The notes beneath the pieces are model-generated. The model saw only the letters and a program-made list of their open reading frames with translations, was not told where the DNA came from and did not search any database. This document shows positions 36,091-48,094 of a DNA stretch of 64,000 nt, piece by piece. Position numbers and translations under genes: made by a program. Numbering within the stretch: the stretch's first letter is position 1; every line of letters starts with the position of its first letter. The DNA is from Marsupella aquatica (Eukaryota; Plantae; Marchantiophyta), in contig OZ316891.1 in NCBI GenBank assembly GCA_973895155.1, positions 2,099,324 through 2,163,323 of the forward strand, given 5' to 3'.

Positions 36091-39000
36091 TTAGGGAATA
36101 TAAATTTTTGCCTTGGACATCATCCTAGCAGCCCCGTACTGTACCCATTAGAGTCTTATCCTTTCAGCGATTGTTATCATTCGGATTTTGTACAATATGA
36201 AGAGTTATTGATTTTGGATCATCACCACGGAGAGGTGCGGGTATTTTATTATGTCAACCATTACGGAGTTATTTCAGAGAGGCACTTTCTCCTGGTTAGA
36301 TAGCATTCCAAAGCACAGATTTTGTGTGACGAAAGCTGGTTGGGAGCTGACAATATTACGACCCAAATGAAAATGGGTTGAATGCCTGCACGACAACTTT
36401 GAGTCTGTAAATTATGTGTTGAATACCTATTGATTATGTCAAGCAGCTAAACATATGAATCATGTGAATTCCGATCTTTCATATGTGAAATTAAAGATTG
36501 AGGCGATGAGTTCAGCTCCAATGTAGGGAACTTCACTACAGGCAATATGGAAACCTGCCGGAGTCATGGAGCCACGCAACTGGCCAAGCTGCACGCAGGG
36601 AGCGAAAATCGTCAGGTTACGCCAAGGTGCCTTGGGAATAACCTGCGGCTGAAATAAGTTTTAAATAATACGTTTCGAAAGCGTATGATGCAAAAGATAT
36701 CTATTTCGAACAATATCAAAAAATAGGATCACTTGGGGATGAAACAGATCTCATCTGTTTCAAAAAGCACGTGCAGATGATAGAAATTCATCAAGAAAAA
36801 GGAGCAGTTTAAAATTCTAGAAGGAAAACAAGTGGTAAACTTCATAAGATTTAGAAAAAAAGGTTTTCCTTCTGCCAAGGCTCCCTTTATAGGGGCAACA
36901 TTAGGACATGTTTTGAGGTAAAGGGGTTCGTTGGAGTAAAATACTCCAGTACGGTATCGTACTTCATGCAGGCAGCAACGGAATGTTTGATGTTTTTTGA
37001 AACAAAATAATTCACGCAAACTAGGGTCTTAGTGCTGTCTTCGGCTGGGCTTTTGAGGCCTGGTTTTAAGCGCAAGCTTGGTCCCAAAAGGCCAGTGTGG
37101 TTGCTCTTGTCGGGCGGTTTCCCCTCTTTCGAAAGAAAAATAAATAAGGCCAGGGTCCATGGAAGTCACAAACCCAGCAGTAGGAGCCAGCTCATACGGA
37201 GACGAGGCTCCTTCGACAACAACTTGGTCAAATTGTAACCCCTGCTCCAGACTGATGTTCTCCTGAGGTCAGCAAATGCCAGATCTTCCTAGTCATCGTC
37301 ATTTCTCGACATTCCACTAGAGTCAAAATGACCCACCTGGAGCATTGAAGTCGGGCAAATACTGTAAATGTGACCAACCCAGCTATGTCAACTAGGAGCC
37401 ACATAGTCTAGTACCTGCCACTTTCTGAACGTACACATCCACTCTGTAGTTAACACGTCGCTCTGCCTCCTACGACTCGTTCGCTTGCGAAACCCGGGCA
37501 TAACCAGCAATAGCCGTCTAAATGTCTAAACGTTTTATGAGCATTGGACACGATTTGCATCAGACATAAATTAAAAGCAAGCAAAGTGACGGCGGGTAAC
37601 TGTCCAAGTACAGTAGCAATGGCCATCGGGCTCAAATATATACAATATACTACACTAACTTGAGTTAGATGTAATAGATATTAACTCGAAACAAGAAAAT
37701 TAACAGCTGGGCAGGCATATATGTCCAAGTAGAGTAGCAATGACCATCAAGCTCCAAATCTAAAGATTGTACACTACTTGAGTCAGGTGCATCTGATATA
37801 TACAGTAGAATCGAAGCAAACAAATTGACTGGGCATGCAAATTTCCAGAGCACCAATGACCATCAGGGGCTCCAAATCTACAGAATATAGAGTTATAAAC
37901 ACTAACCTTGGCTTAGCTGCTAGAGTAGCAGTTGAAAGAAGGGGAACACCCCGCACCTTCGGCCTCTCTTGCCCATCGATTCCCCACCCATCCACCTACC
38001 CCACTAACTCAGCATAGAAAATGCAAAAGCAAGCAGGTACGCAGCCATGATCTTCGAGGAGCGTGATGGTGGTGAAAAGTTTCCCCTCCGCTCGTGTAGA
38101 CCTTCAGAGTACCATAACTATTCTGTTAACTTTCAGCTTCTGTCGTGAGGTGTTGGACATGACGCAGGTCACAGTCACAGGCTGAAATGGCAAAATGTTA
38201 TTGTCTAGGTACGGGGCTGGCTGGCTGGCTTGAAGGTTACATTAATATTATTATCAGCACTCATTCACTTGCTCCACTTCTCCAGTTCTCCCTCTTTCTG
38301 TCCCTCGAGCGCTGTGCACACGAAGCCCCGCATCGAACAGGAGGTAAAGGTAAAGGTAAAGGTAAAAGGGAGAGGTCGTGACTCGTGACTCTCCCCCCGT
38401 CCCTCTATTTGTCAGTTTGGAGTTGTTATAGCAGTCGGTCGGTCTTGGAATGGGAGGGAGGCAGCAGCACATGAAAGGGAGCGCCACACGGGAGACAATG
38501 AATATTCTAAAGCAGAGATGATTGATATTTTGTCACTGCGGCGGTGGCTGGCGGGCCGATGCTGCTTGGATGCTCGTGGGGCCACCACAGTGCTGGACTT
38601 CGGTTGTAACTTGTAAGTAACTGTAGGGTCCTTTGATTCTCTGAGGACTTGCCTTCTATTCATAATTAGATTGGGACCTCGATGAGAGCTCTGGACGTCG
38701 TTGTCTCCCAGTACTGTACTATAATCATTCCTACAGTCCGTTCAATAATGGAAACAAAATTCCCATCCAGAACGGAGTAGAGGGATTGGGGATTTGTGTA
38801 TCTCCAAGAACCGACACCTGGGCGACTCTCGGGCTTCAAATGCCACCCACCTCTGTGAAATTGTTATTCAAACTGTCTTATCAAGAAAAAATGATTTCAT
38901 TATACTGCAAATTCGTGGGTGATGTCAATTTAAATAGTCCATTTGAGCACCACATCTATATACACGTCAGAATGACATAAGATATTGAGGAAACTCTACG

Positions 39001-39479
39001 GTTCGCCCACTCAGGATGCCCTCTCTGTTGGCTGTTTCACTGAATGGAATTCAAGGTTCGACGCCAAAAAAAATGCAAAAGACTCAAATTCATTTGTGTA
39101 ATCTGTGGTAGAAGCTGTAGAAAATCCTTGCACACCTAGACCAATTGATTGCGAGGCGTACATGAATGAGTTGCTGAAAGCAGCAGCAACGTAGTGCTAG
39201 GTCCAAAATGTCAGCATCTGGGAAATTGCAGTTCACTTCGTTTTCATCTTTGCTCAACAGCACACTAGCATCATCGCGTAGCAAAAAGGCTTGGAAATTT
39301 CAATGAGCTTAATCAACGAATCATGTAGCCAATACGGGTTGAAGACTTTTAAAATCCATTCTCCATCAAGTTTGCAGAGTTTTTGAATCGAGAACTGACT
39401 GGATCCACCTACCGTCTGTGCAATGGGATGGATTTTGAAATGATTTCAAATTGTGACAATACCCAACACAGATCCTCCT

Positions 39480-40260
39480 AACAGATCCTAAGAGCAAAAT
39501 GCGGATGCTTTAGTCTAAAGCCTAGTTTCTTTGCTCCCTAAGTTGGTCAATACTCAGATAGCATTTGAGATGTTGTTGAGATGTATCCACCCTAAAGTAT
39601 CTTATCTTGTTGACACACATGGCCCCACTGAATATCTTTGTCTATACCAATGTATTTTTGATGTATCTATTCGAGAGACTTTTACATCCCTATTAGGGTC
39701 TTGGTTCTTTGCTCTCATCTCCGTGGCTTCATTGATAACTCACATTTCTTATTTCTCAAGGGGGTTTTGGGCTTACTTCCATTGAGAGCGTTACACCCTT
39801 GGCATTTTTGGGTTCGTGGGCAGCCTCGTTCTCTTTGTTGGCCGATTGCTTCCTTCCTAAGGATCGACCCTTTTTACTGTCATCTCTTATGGAGGTTGAG
39901 GAGGGTTCTCTCCAATTTTAGGTTCATTTGTGAGATGCCTGATCCTCACTACCAGATCTTGTATGAGACGCATTATCTTCTTTTCAAGAGTTTTTATCCT
40001 TGGACCCTCTTCGTCTTCAGGTCGACCTTGTTGAGCGTATGCAAACTTTCACCCTTTCTAGCATCCTTGCCGAGACACCTGAAACGGACCGAGCTCGGAA
40101 TATTTATTCCGAAGGGAAAGGTGCTGAAGGGTGGCTTCAAGCCAACCCGACAATCTCTCATCTATGTATGTGTGCAGAGGAGTTCTCCCCCGCCATTCGT
40201 CTTTGTCTGGGGCTACCTCACCTTGCTACCTCACCTTCTTCTTGTTGGTCTTCCTATAGA
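39480..40260 (+). mobile_element. Decayed fragment of a CRE/SLACS-like RLE non-LTR retrotransposon (post-RT region)
   Basis: Frameshifted peptides LLRCIHPKVSYL, GGFGLTSIE..LAFLGSWA and RAR..GKGAEGWLQANP..FSPAIRLCLGLP resemble the GGLG..AF.GS and RAR..GAGAWL.A.P..F..ALRLRLGLP motifs of CRE-clade elements. Confidence 0.6.
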
Positions 40261-42103
40261 ACAGCCACCTGGTCCAAAACATGGTTCATAGGAACATTGG
40301 TCCAACATGGTGGTCCGTCCGGGCTTCAGTTTCCAAAGAAGAAGATCAAAGAAGAAGAAGAAAACATTTGTGGATGGACGACAGTTTTTCACCACGGCCC
40401 AAATATTGAGACCCCCTAATTAATTGCTGGCAACTACAGTCTCATTCTGGTAACCATAATATTTTTTATGGACCCCCTTGAGAAGTGTCTTCCAATTCTC
40501 TGGTTCTCATGGTTGTGCAACGAGGTTAGAATTATATGCCCTTGAAACAGAAACACCCTAACACTTAGCTCTGGTATCGTTGACTACAACGCCAAGCTTC
40601 TATATGGTCCAAGTCTCCGGAACGACCACCTGGTGGGGACTAAGTATGGGGAGACTAGTGGGCAATGAGGCGTTGCACTAGCAAGGGCAAGGCGCTAATC
40701 TAGTAACGTACACTAAGGACTTAGACTAGCTTGGAGTTGATTGGGTCATGGGAAGGGTCGGGCTTAGAGTGGATTGTTCGGACCCAAAACGGACTTTGAG
40801 TTCTAAGAGCTTGAGTGAGAACTCTCTCTTGGGCCCAAGGTTAAAGAAGTTTACTTCATGCACAATGGATGTTTGGCGCATGAGATATGGCCCTGCCCAG
40901 GTGTGGCCGTTTGGGACCCCCGATTGACGACGGGTTTTGAGGGCCTAGGCATGAGCATTGGGTCGACTTGATCACAACAGGCTAAGACACTCCATTTACG
41001 AATGTCTGGTTGGAAAGCTATGAGCATAACAAGTTAGGTGCATGTCCATGCATGCTGGTTGGAGTCCAAGTTGAGGGCCAAATATAGTCGATATAGAAGC
41101 TACTCCAGGGGTGATAGGTCTCCAGAAGTATATATGAGATGAGTGGTGTCTCCCTCAAGGCCAAGGGCGAGCTCAAGTCGTGAGTCGCAACGATTGCAAC
41201 ACTAAAGAGAACGCTAAATAGAAACAACAATAACTTCTTAACGGGAAGTCAATTGGAGAACTTCTTTGGATGCATTGGAAAGATCTCGAGGATGATTACA
41301 TTCTTCTAAGCTCATTTAGGTCTAGGGGTGCCTTTGGGTCTTGAGGTTTGTGGGGGCTATCTTGCCCTCTTAACAATTCCTGCATGAGGGTAGGACGATT
41401 AGTCAGTGATGAATTATAGGAAGTGGGGAAGCACGGGTGTGATGCCTTGCCAGGATCACGAAGTACTTAGTTAAGCCTAAAATAATGGCTAAATAAAGAT
41501 TAGGTAGATAGAATAAGGGAGAAATAAGGATCGAAGCTGATTGCAACGTGTTCGGGGGAGATTGTGATAGGATCTCGGGGGCCTCAATCCAAGGGGTGTC
41601 CCATATCACGCTCGAAGTTTTGGGGGAATAAACACCCTAAAAGTTAAGTCAATAAAGTTTTTTTTAGGAATTGTTTTACCCCTAACTTAATGGAATATTC
41701 CAAGAATATTCCCATATTTGATTTTAAAAAACCCTATGATTCTTATAATTCTGAAAATTGGATTAAAATAACCCTAATGTTCTTCAACAAAAATTTAAAA
41801 GTATTTCACTAAACCCAATAAAAAAACCCTATACTTATTCGTGCGTGATGGGTTGGAAGAAAAGAAGTGAGGACCCCGGGGATAGGATAGGATCCAACGG
41901 TCGCGATTAAGTAGGATTAGGGTTATGACCTAATTTGAGCTTGATCAGGTAAGCCATCACGAGGCGGCTTCGTAGGGAGGGGACCGACACTCTATACACT
42001 TGCTCATTTGCTTGTTCGATCAACCTAGGGAGGTGGAAGCAGCTGCCGATCGATCGGGGGAGGTGGTTAGGGAATTGCTCAAGCTCTTTTCTCTTTCGCT
42101 AGA

Positions 42104-45100
42104 ATGACCACGGTGAATCAAGCGGCCAAGTTTTGGGGTTGTTTGCTTGAAGAAGCACGACAGCTCATACCAACTTACGAAGACGTCGAGCCGGAACGAG
42201 CAGCAAGGGAACGGGCGGAGCTCGCGCAGTTATGGGGAATTCATAAGACGGCTTTTGCGGGAACAGAAGAAGTCCTTGAGAAATTCGCATGGACTCCCAC
42301 CAGTGCTGAGCTTGACGAATTGCTGATCCAACAGAATCGAGTCGTTGGAATTTGGGAGGCGATTAAGAATGCTGGGCAGCAGGTGTGGGAGTTGAAGGGT
42401 CACACTTCGGCTTGGAGCAGGGAAGCCATTCTTGGAGAGTTCTCAAGAACAGAGGAGATGAAGCGTAAGGGTAGTTCGGCATCTGCAAGCGGAACCGGTC
42501 GGAGAGGCAGGCTAAGGCTGAAGCCGTGCCAATTCGTGATAGGGCAGTAGAGGATAAGTTTATGGCGGGTTGGGCGGATAGGCTACCTGCTGACTTACAA
42601 CTACAGTTTGCACAAGAAGAAGATGAGGTCTTCTGTGCTATCTAGGATAACAAGTATTTGGGATACATGAACAACACCGGCTTAGAGGGATTCATCCGAT
42701 TACCATGGCGGTTGAAAGAGATACCAGATGAGGATCTGTTGGACTTCGTGGGATGCTGGGAGGCTTCTTCCAACACGAAGCTGCTCTATGGAAAGGTGTT
42801 CAAACTAACACTTGCGCTTATCAAAGCCGTCTTCGCTTTACCAATAGGAAGAAAGACTAAGGTGGAGCAAAGGAAGACGTTGCCGGATGACCAGTTCAGG
42901 TCATTTCCAGGGCCTTCCACTAAGAATGGGTTCTTCAGGAATCAATGTACAAACCCACATATAGGGCAGCTGATTGATTTCCTGAGAGTCACGTTGCATT
43001 GTACCTTGCCAAGAGCAGAAATTGGCAAAGCCCAGGTATTTTTGGTGGAGAATATCGATTCAAGCCGAGACTACAACGGCTATCTCTTAATGCAATTGAA
43101 GAAGGCATTGAATGAAGAGAAGCAGAGCATTGGGGAAGGAGCGGTATCCAAACTAGGGTACCATCTGCAATTACTTTGCCGATATGCAAGAAGCCAGTCT
43201 TTTGCACCAGTGTTGCCTATACAGGAGCGGATGCCGATCACTGCACCACTTGAGGAGGTGGCGGAGGACGAGCAGCCCCTGAACAAGCGACAGCAAGAGA
43301 AGAGGTCGGCAATACAAGCAGTCCAGGGACGGGAGAATTCCCCTCTCAAGGAACTAGAGGTGGTAACATATGACGTGGTGAGAAATCCGCTGCGACGGCC
43401 TACTCGTAATAACCCATATGCAGGTATTCAACTGGTAGAGAGAAAGATGACTGCCAAAGAAAGAAAGAAACGAGATGAGCAAATGGATTCAGAGTCAGAA
43501 GATGGAAGCCGAGGCCAAAGTCTGGAGAGGCCAGTCCTTAGAGGTTATAGTCGGGCCCGAGTGGAGGAACCGGTGGAGGTAAATCAACCAGTGGTAGCCC
43601 AACAATACTCAGAGGAGGAGATTGGGGGCTTTGCAGAAGAGGCCGGCATGCTCGGTAGTCAGGTTAATGTGGATGACTATGACGATGATTCTGTCGATCA
43701 TGGGGAGAGACCGGTGTCGAGAGTGAGAACATTGGGAAGGTTTTGTAGAAGACTTCCCTCAGTCTTTTATGGCAAGCCGGAGGATCAGAAAACCCCAGAG
43801 TCTCCTCCACCGGACGTGACACCATTGGAATTTGACCGAATGAAGGAAGCCGAGGCAAGTCTGAAGGAGAAACTCGACGAGTGGAGGGCCCAAAATGACA
43901 TGCAAGACGGGATGCAAGAACGGCAGCTACCAGGCGGTGATTGGCCGGAGGAAATAAGATGGCTTAGTGAGAAGCAGGCCGAACCTCTCACTAACTTCGA
44001 TCAATTACGAGCAGAAGCCTGGGAGAAACGGCCTCGTTGGCAGATGCCAGTATCACCTGGCAGATCAAAATATGCCAGGGATCGGGCTAGGGAGTATGGA
44101 GACATGTGTGGACTGCTAGCCTTAGAAATCTTCGGCAATGAGTTAGAATCCGGACCATTTCTTAGAAAGGAAATGGCGGACCAAACAAGGTTGGAGGAGG
44201 CAATGATGTTGGAGCGATTAAAGAAAGAAGAGGTAATCGCTCGGCTTCGCTCCATGGAAGCCAAAGTTGCTAAGACGAAGTCTGATCAACCAACTCAGCA
44301 GGATCTCTTGGCTAAGTAGCAAAGTGGCGAACAACCAATTGGAAAACTACCAATTAGATAACCAGCAGATCAAGGAAAAATTGACGAAGGTAGAGCTGGA
44401 GTTAGCCGATTCAAAAGCAGAAGTACAGGGTCTAAATCGCCAAGTCGAGAGGCTCAGAAAGATGGCTAAGGATCAGGCCACCTAGAGCGAGAAGGCCTTG
44501 GCAGAAGCCCAAAGGAAGTATGACAAGTTACTCGACCGGTTGGAGGCCATGCGTGAGAAGCATGATGACGCCATTTGCACAGCGGCCAATGATCACCTAA
44601 GCCGAGTCCAACAGATACGCAAGGAGCTTTAGGAGGAGCTAATCAAGACAAAGCAGGCATGGACGGACGAGGTCACAAAGCTGGAAAGCATCAACGATTC
44701 CCAAACAGCCGCTTTGGATAAGCAAGAGTTTGAGATTGTGCAGATCTTAAACGAGGAGCTCAAGACGGCCAAAGAGGAGGCGCACCGGCTTAATGAGGAG
44801 GTTGAGGATTTATCCCAAGAGCTGGAGGAGGCCAAAGACAAGATGATCGGCTTGCAGAGGCGTGCGGATAATCAAACAGAGAAGTTGCGAAAGTATGCCA
44901 AAGATGGGCACGGATCACCAACTGGACGGTCTCCCGCTAGTGGCGTGGTCGCCGAGAATACTGAGGTGCCGAAGCCGACATCTATATTGTCAAGAGTAAC
45001 AGGGGGTAAGGCAATGCAGTTGGTTGCGGATCTGGCCAAAACATTCATGGGGCCAGCAGGTACTTCTGGGGTACCTCTTAAAGCCACGCCAGAAGAGGTC

Positions 45101-45460
45101 GAGAGTATGGCCGCCCACATTTGTGGGACTGTTGCTACAAAGGCAGCCGTGGTAGAGATAAGTAATGCCGATGAACTTGGAGCTGCGGTAACAGGTTCAG
45201 ACACCGGTACAGCCACCATGGACTACCAGAATGTGAAGCCATGGAAAATTGATACAAAACGTATTGGAGAGCGGGCTCGGATTGAGGAAGTGAAGGCCAA
45301 CGCTATCCAAGCCGTTTCCCAGGAGGATGCCAATGCCACAGCCGATGCCGGGGCCGACAAACCAGAACCCAAAGTCGAGGAAGCCAAAGGGATCAAGCAA
45401 GAGCCGATGGCAGGAGAAGGCGCAGAGTCGGAAGATTCGGGCTTACCCCCGATCATCTGA
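42104..45460 (+). pseudogene. Disrupted ~1100-codon intronless TE-associated ORF (globular N-part, acidic linker, long coiled coil)
   Basis: ORFs 42104-42550, 42658-44319, 44267-44485 and 44714-45460 are contiguous through frameshifts and in-frame TAGs, with strong purine bias and no introns. The layout resembles extra ORFs of Gypsy-type elements. No RT or LTR was recognised nearby. Confidence 0.55.
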
Positions 45461-46819
45461 CAATTAAGGAGGGCCAGTCATCGATTGGAAGGAGGACATG
45501 GCGGTAGGAGAAGGGCTTGGGCCAGAAGGGTGCAGCCGTTGTAGGATGGGACAAGGCAAGTAGCGCCCTGTCGGCTTAGGTAGTATTAGATGCTCAGTTC
45601 CCACAGGGTTCCGGGCTAGTCAAGTTTTTTAGGTGATAGTTTTTTAGTTGGATTATTGCGGTGGAAGGCCGTGAGTTGTGGTTAGGATTTCCGCCTTTTC
45701 CCCTGAATGCGCTGCAAGGATTAAAACCTGGGCAGCGTGGCTCGGGGGGCTTTTTCTTAGTCAAGACTCTAGTGTAAAGTCAGTATTGCTAGCATACAGC
45801 TCTCGGCTAAATCTAGACCGCGGATTATTAGTAAACCACAAATTTCCATTTCTGTGCAATTGTTTGAATTGAGTTGGCCTTGTTGCCTAGTTTGCAGATT
45901 CTTGCAATCATGGCGTTGTGTGTTGTGATACTTGTCGCTTGAGAGTTCCTAGATCCTATGGAGTTACTTACCAAGGTGTTTGGTTGCTTCTGTAGACAGT
46001 GAGGACTGTTGAACAACGGTCGTGTTAGGGAACAAGTGCGGTTTTGTATGGGAGTTGTCGTCGGAGGTGCTAGAGGTACCAAGTTTCTTATTTAGGGAAT
46101 TTGTGTAGGCATTCAAGCACCAATGGCACTTAGGTGAGGGTGTTGCAATTGGTGAGGGCGCTTGGTGGCTAGGTCCACCACTAAAAGCAATGCCAGGGAC
46201 AAAGGTTTTAGGAGGCTAGAGCTAATGATGGCAAAGTTGAATCAAGGCAGTTTCACATTTTTATTTCAATTGTTCTAGGCATTAGATTGATGTCTGCACC
46301 TTATTTGCAATTTTGAGTAAAGTGTTCTTGTTTGTCCATTGCATGTTAGAACAATTTTTATGATTTTCTCCCATTTGTAATCAAGACACGCAGTAGCATT
46401 TCATCTTTGTGCAATCTCCATTATGTTGCTTAGAGCGCAGTTCAATTAAAATCAGAAGTGAATGATTCACCTGTATTGGCTGTTGTCGGGCTCCTATCAG
46501 AGCAAATGGTCATAGGGTCAATCTGGAGTTACTTGGAGTACGTCAATGAAGTATTTACATGCCTCGTTAGATGCTCTTGTTGTGATGATGCTTTCTTGAC
46601 TTAGTTTAAACCAAAGTGGCAACGAGTTGTGATAGTAGCACATGTCGAGGAGGAACAATTGCAATTCTACTTGAATTATAGATATTGAAGTCTCCAATGG
46701 CATTGTCCTCCAACAATTTTGAATGGTGTACAAATTTGGAAGTCTTTGTCCAATTGTTTGCCATTTACCCAACCCAACCGACACCTTGTTTACAAATAAC
46801 CACTTTCGATTTCACTATA

Positions 46820-47190
46820 CACTAAGTGTAATCTGAACACAATGTTCACAATGTCTTCCACAACCACTAGTGTTGATCATTCACCCTAGCCTTAACAATA
46901 TGGGTGAGCCAAAGATACTCTCCTTGTAAAAAAAAGGCTCTTAGTGTGATCTCAAGACGATATGGACATTCATTTGTCTTCCAAAACCATTGGTGCCAGA
47001 TATTCACCCCTGCCCTAACGGCATGGATGAGCAAACATTGCTCTCGCTGCTAAGTGTGATCTGATTGTCTTCCAAAACCACAGGCATCAGCCATTCCCCT
47101 GCACGTGTTCAAACTGCATGGGTGAGCATAATCCGCTCTCGTTGCTAAGTGTAATCTGTGACATTGTCTTCCAAAATCACCAGTGTCACA
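46820..47190. repeat. Degenerate ~90-125-bp tandem repeat, about 4 copies
   Basis: Recurring CTAAGTGT(A/G)ATCT..TGTCTTCCAAAACCA..CATGGGTGAGC. Confidence 0.75.
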
Positions 47191-47446
47191 AGCACCATAC
47201 AACACATTGCCTCCTGACTAGTCAAACCTTAAACTCCAAAACTATTTGAATACACAATCCATAATAATTTTGCCCAAAACTCCATACGTGGGCTCCTCAT
47301 TACCTGCAACACTACATGGTAAAGCATAGGGCAAGACTGCAAAGTGACATGGTAGGCCAGGGACGAAAAACTGTGCAATTTCGGTTTAGAACTTGAACTT
47401 TGTGTATGACTCATTAAGAGAGGGTTGATTGGGTAAAACATGTTTC

Positions 47447-47903
47447 TGTTGAGCATAGACGACGATCGCAACGGCAAGCCCATGAACCATCCAACGCACA
47501 ATAGTCGACACAAGAGATACGTGGTTCACCTCCTTGAGGCTACGTCCACGGGAACACACAAGAGAGCTTTACTGAACTCTAAGCCCGTCGGCTATACCGA
47601 GTCTCCACAGTGTAAGCTCTCCCTATCTCTCAAGTGGCTCCATAACAATGAGCCTTGGTTCTACCTCTCCAAGCACACATGCCTCTTATGATATAGTGTG
47701 CAACTTAGTTGTACCTAACCACATAGTTGTACCTAATCACGTAGTTGTACCTAACCACATAGTTGTACCTAATCACGTAGTTGTACCTAACCACATAGTT
47801 GTACCTAATCACGTAGTTGTACCTAACCACGTAGTTGTACCAACCCACGTTGTTGTACCAACCACGTCATGCCTAACCTAGACGTAAGAGTAAATACCCA
47901 ACA
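47447..47903 (-). repeat. 3' LTR of the copia element
   Basis: Direct repeat of 53108-53564, adjacent to the polypurine tract. Confidence 0.95.
47708..47868. repeat. 18-bp minisatellite (~9 copies) inside the LTR, also at 53369-53529
   Basis: GTTGTACCTAACCACATA alternates with GTTGTACCTAATCACGTA. Confidence 0.95.
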
Positions 47904-48094
47904 ATCTTCCCCTTGACTCTGGTCTAGGGGAGAGTAATACTGCCAATGTATATGATCCCTCAGCGGGAAGTTCTGGACAGAAACCAAACCGGTTTCCCTC
48001 TCTAACTAGAGCAAACCAGAACTAAGCCGTAGCCTAATACATAGGAATGAGGAAGAGCATATATCAGTAATTACAATGAATGTTTAAGAAAACT

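Noticed and set aside
36100-39400. Short ORFs and purine/pyrimidine tracts downstream of UTP15
   Set aside because: No coherent gene model, known miRNA or long hairpin could be supported.
41018-41230. PWSSFYIDYIWP as a possible Gypsy integrase remnant
   Set aside because: A single weak motif with no supporting HHCC or DDE context.
47708-47868. Regular short repeat array as a CRISPR, and the VVPNH-repeat ORFs it produces
   Set aside because: Head-to-tail minisatellite with no unique spacers, inside a eukaryotic LTR; the ORFs are by-products of the 18-bp period.
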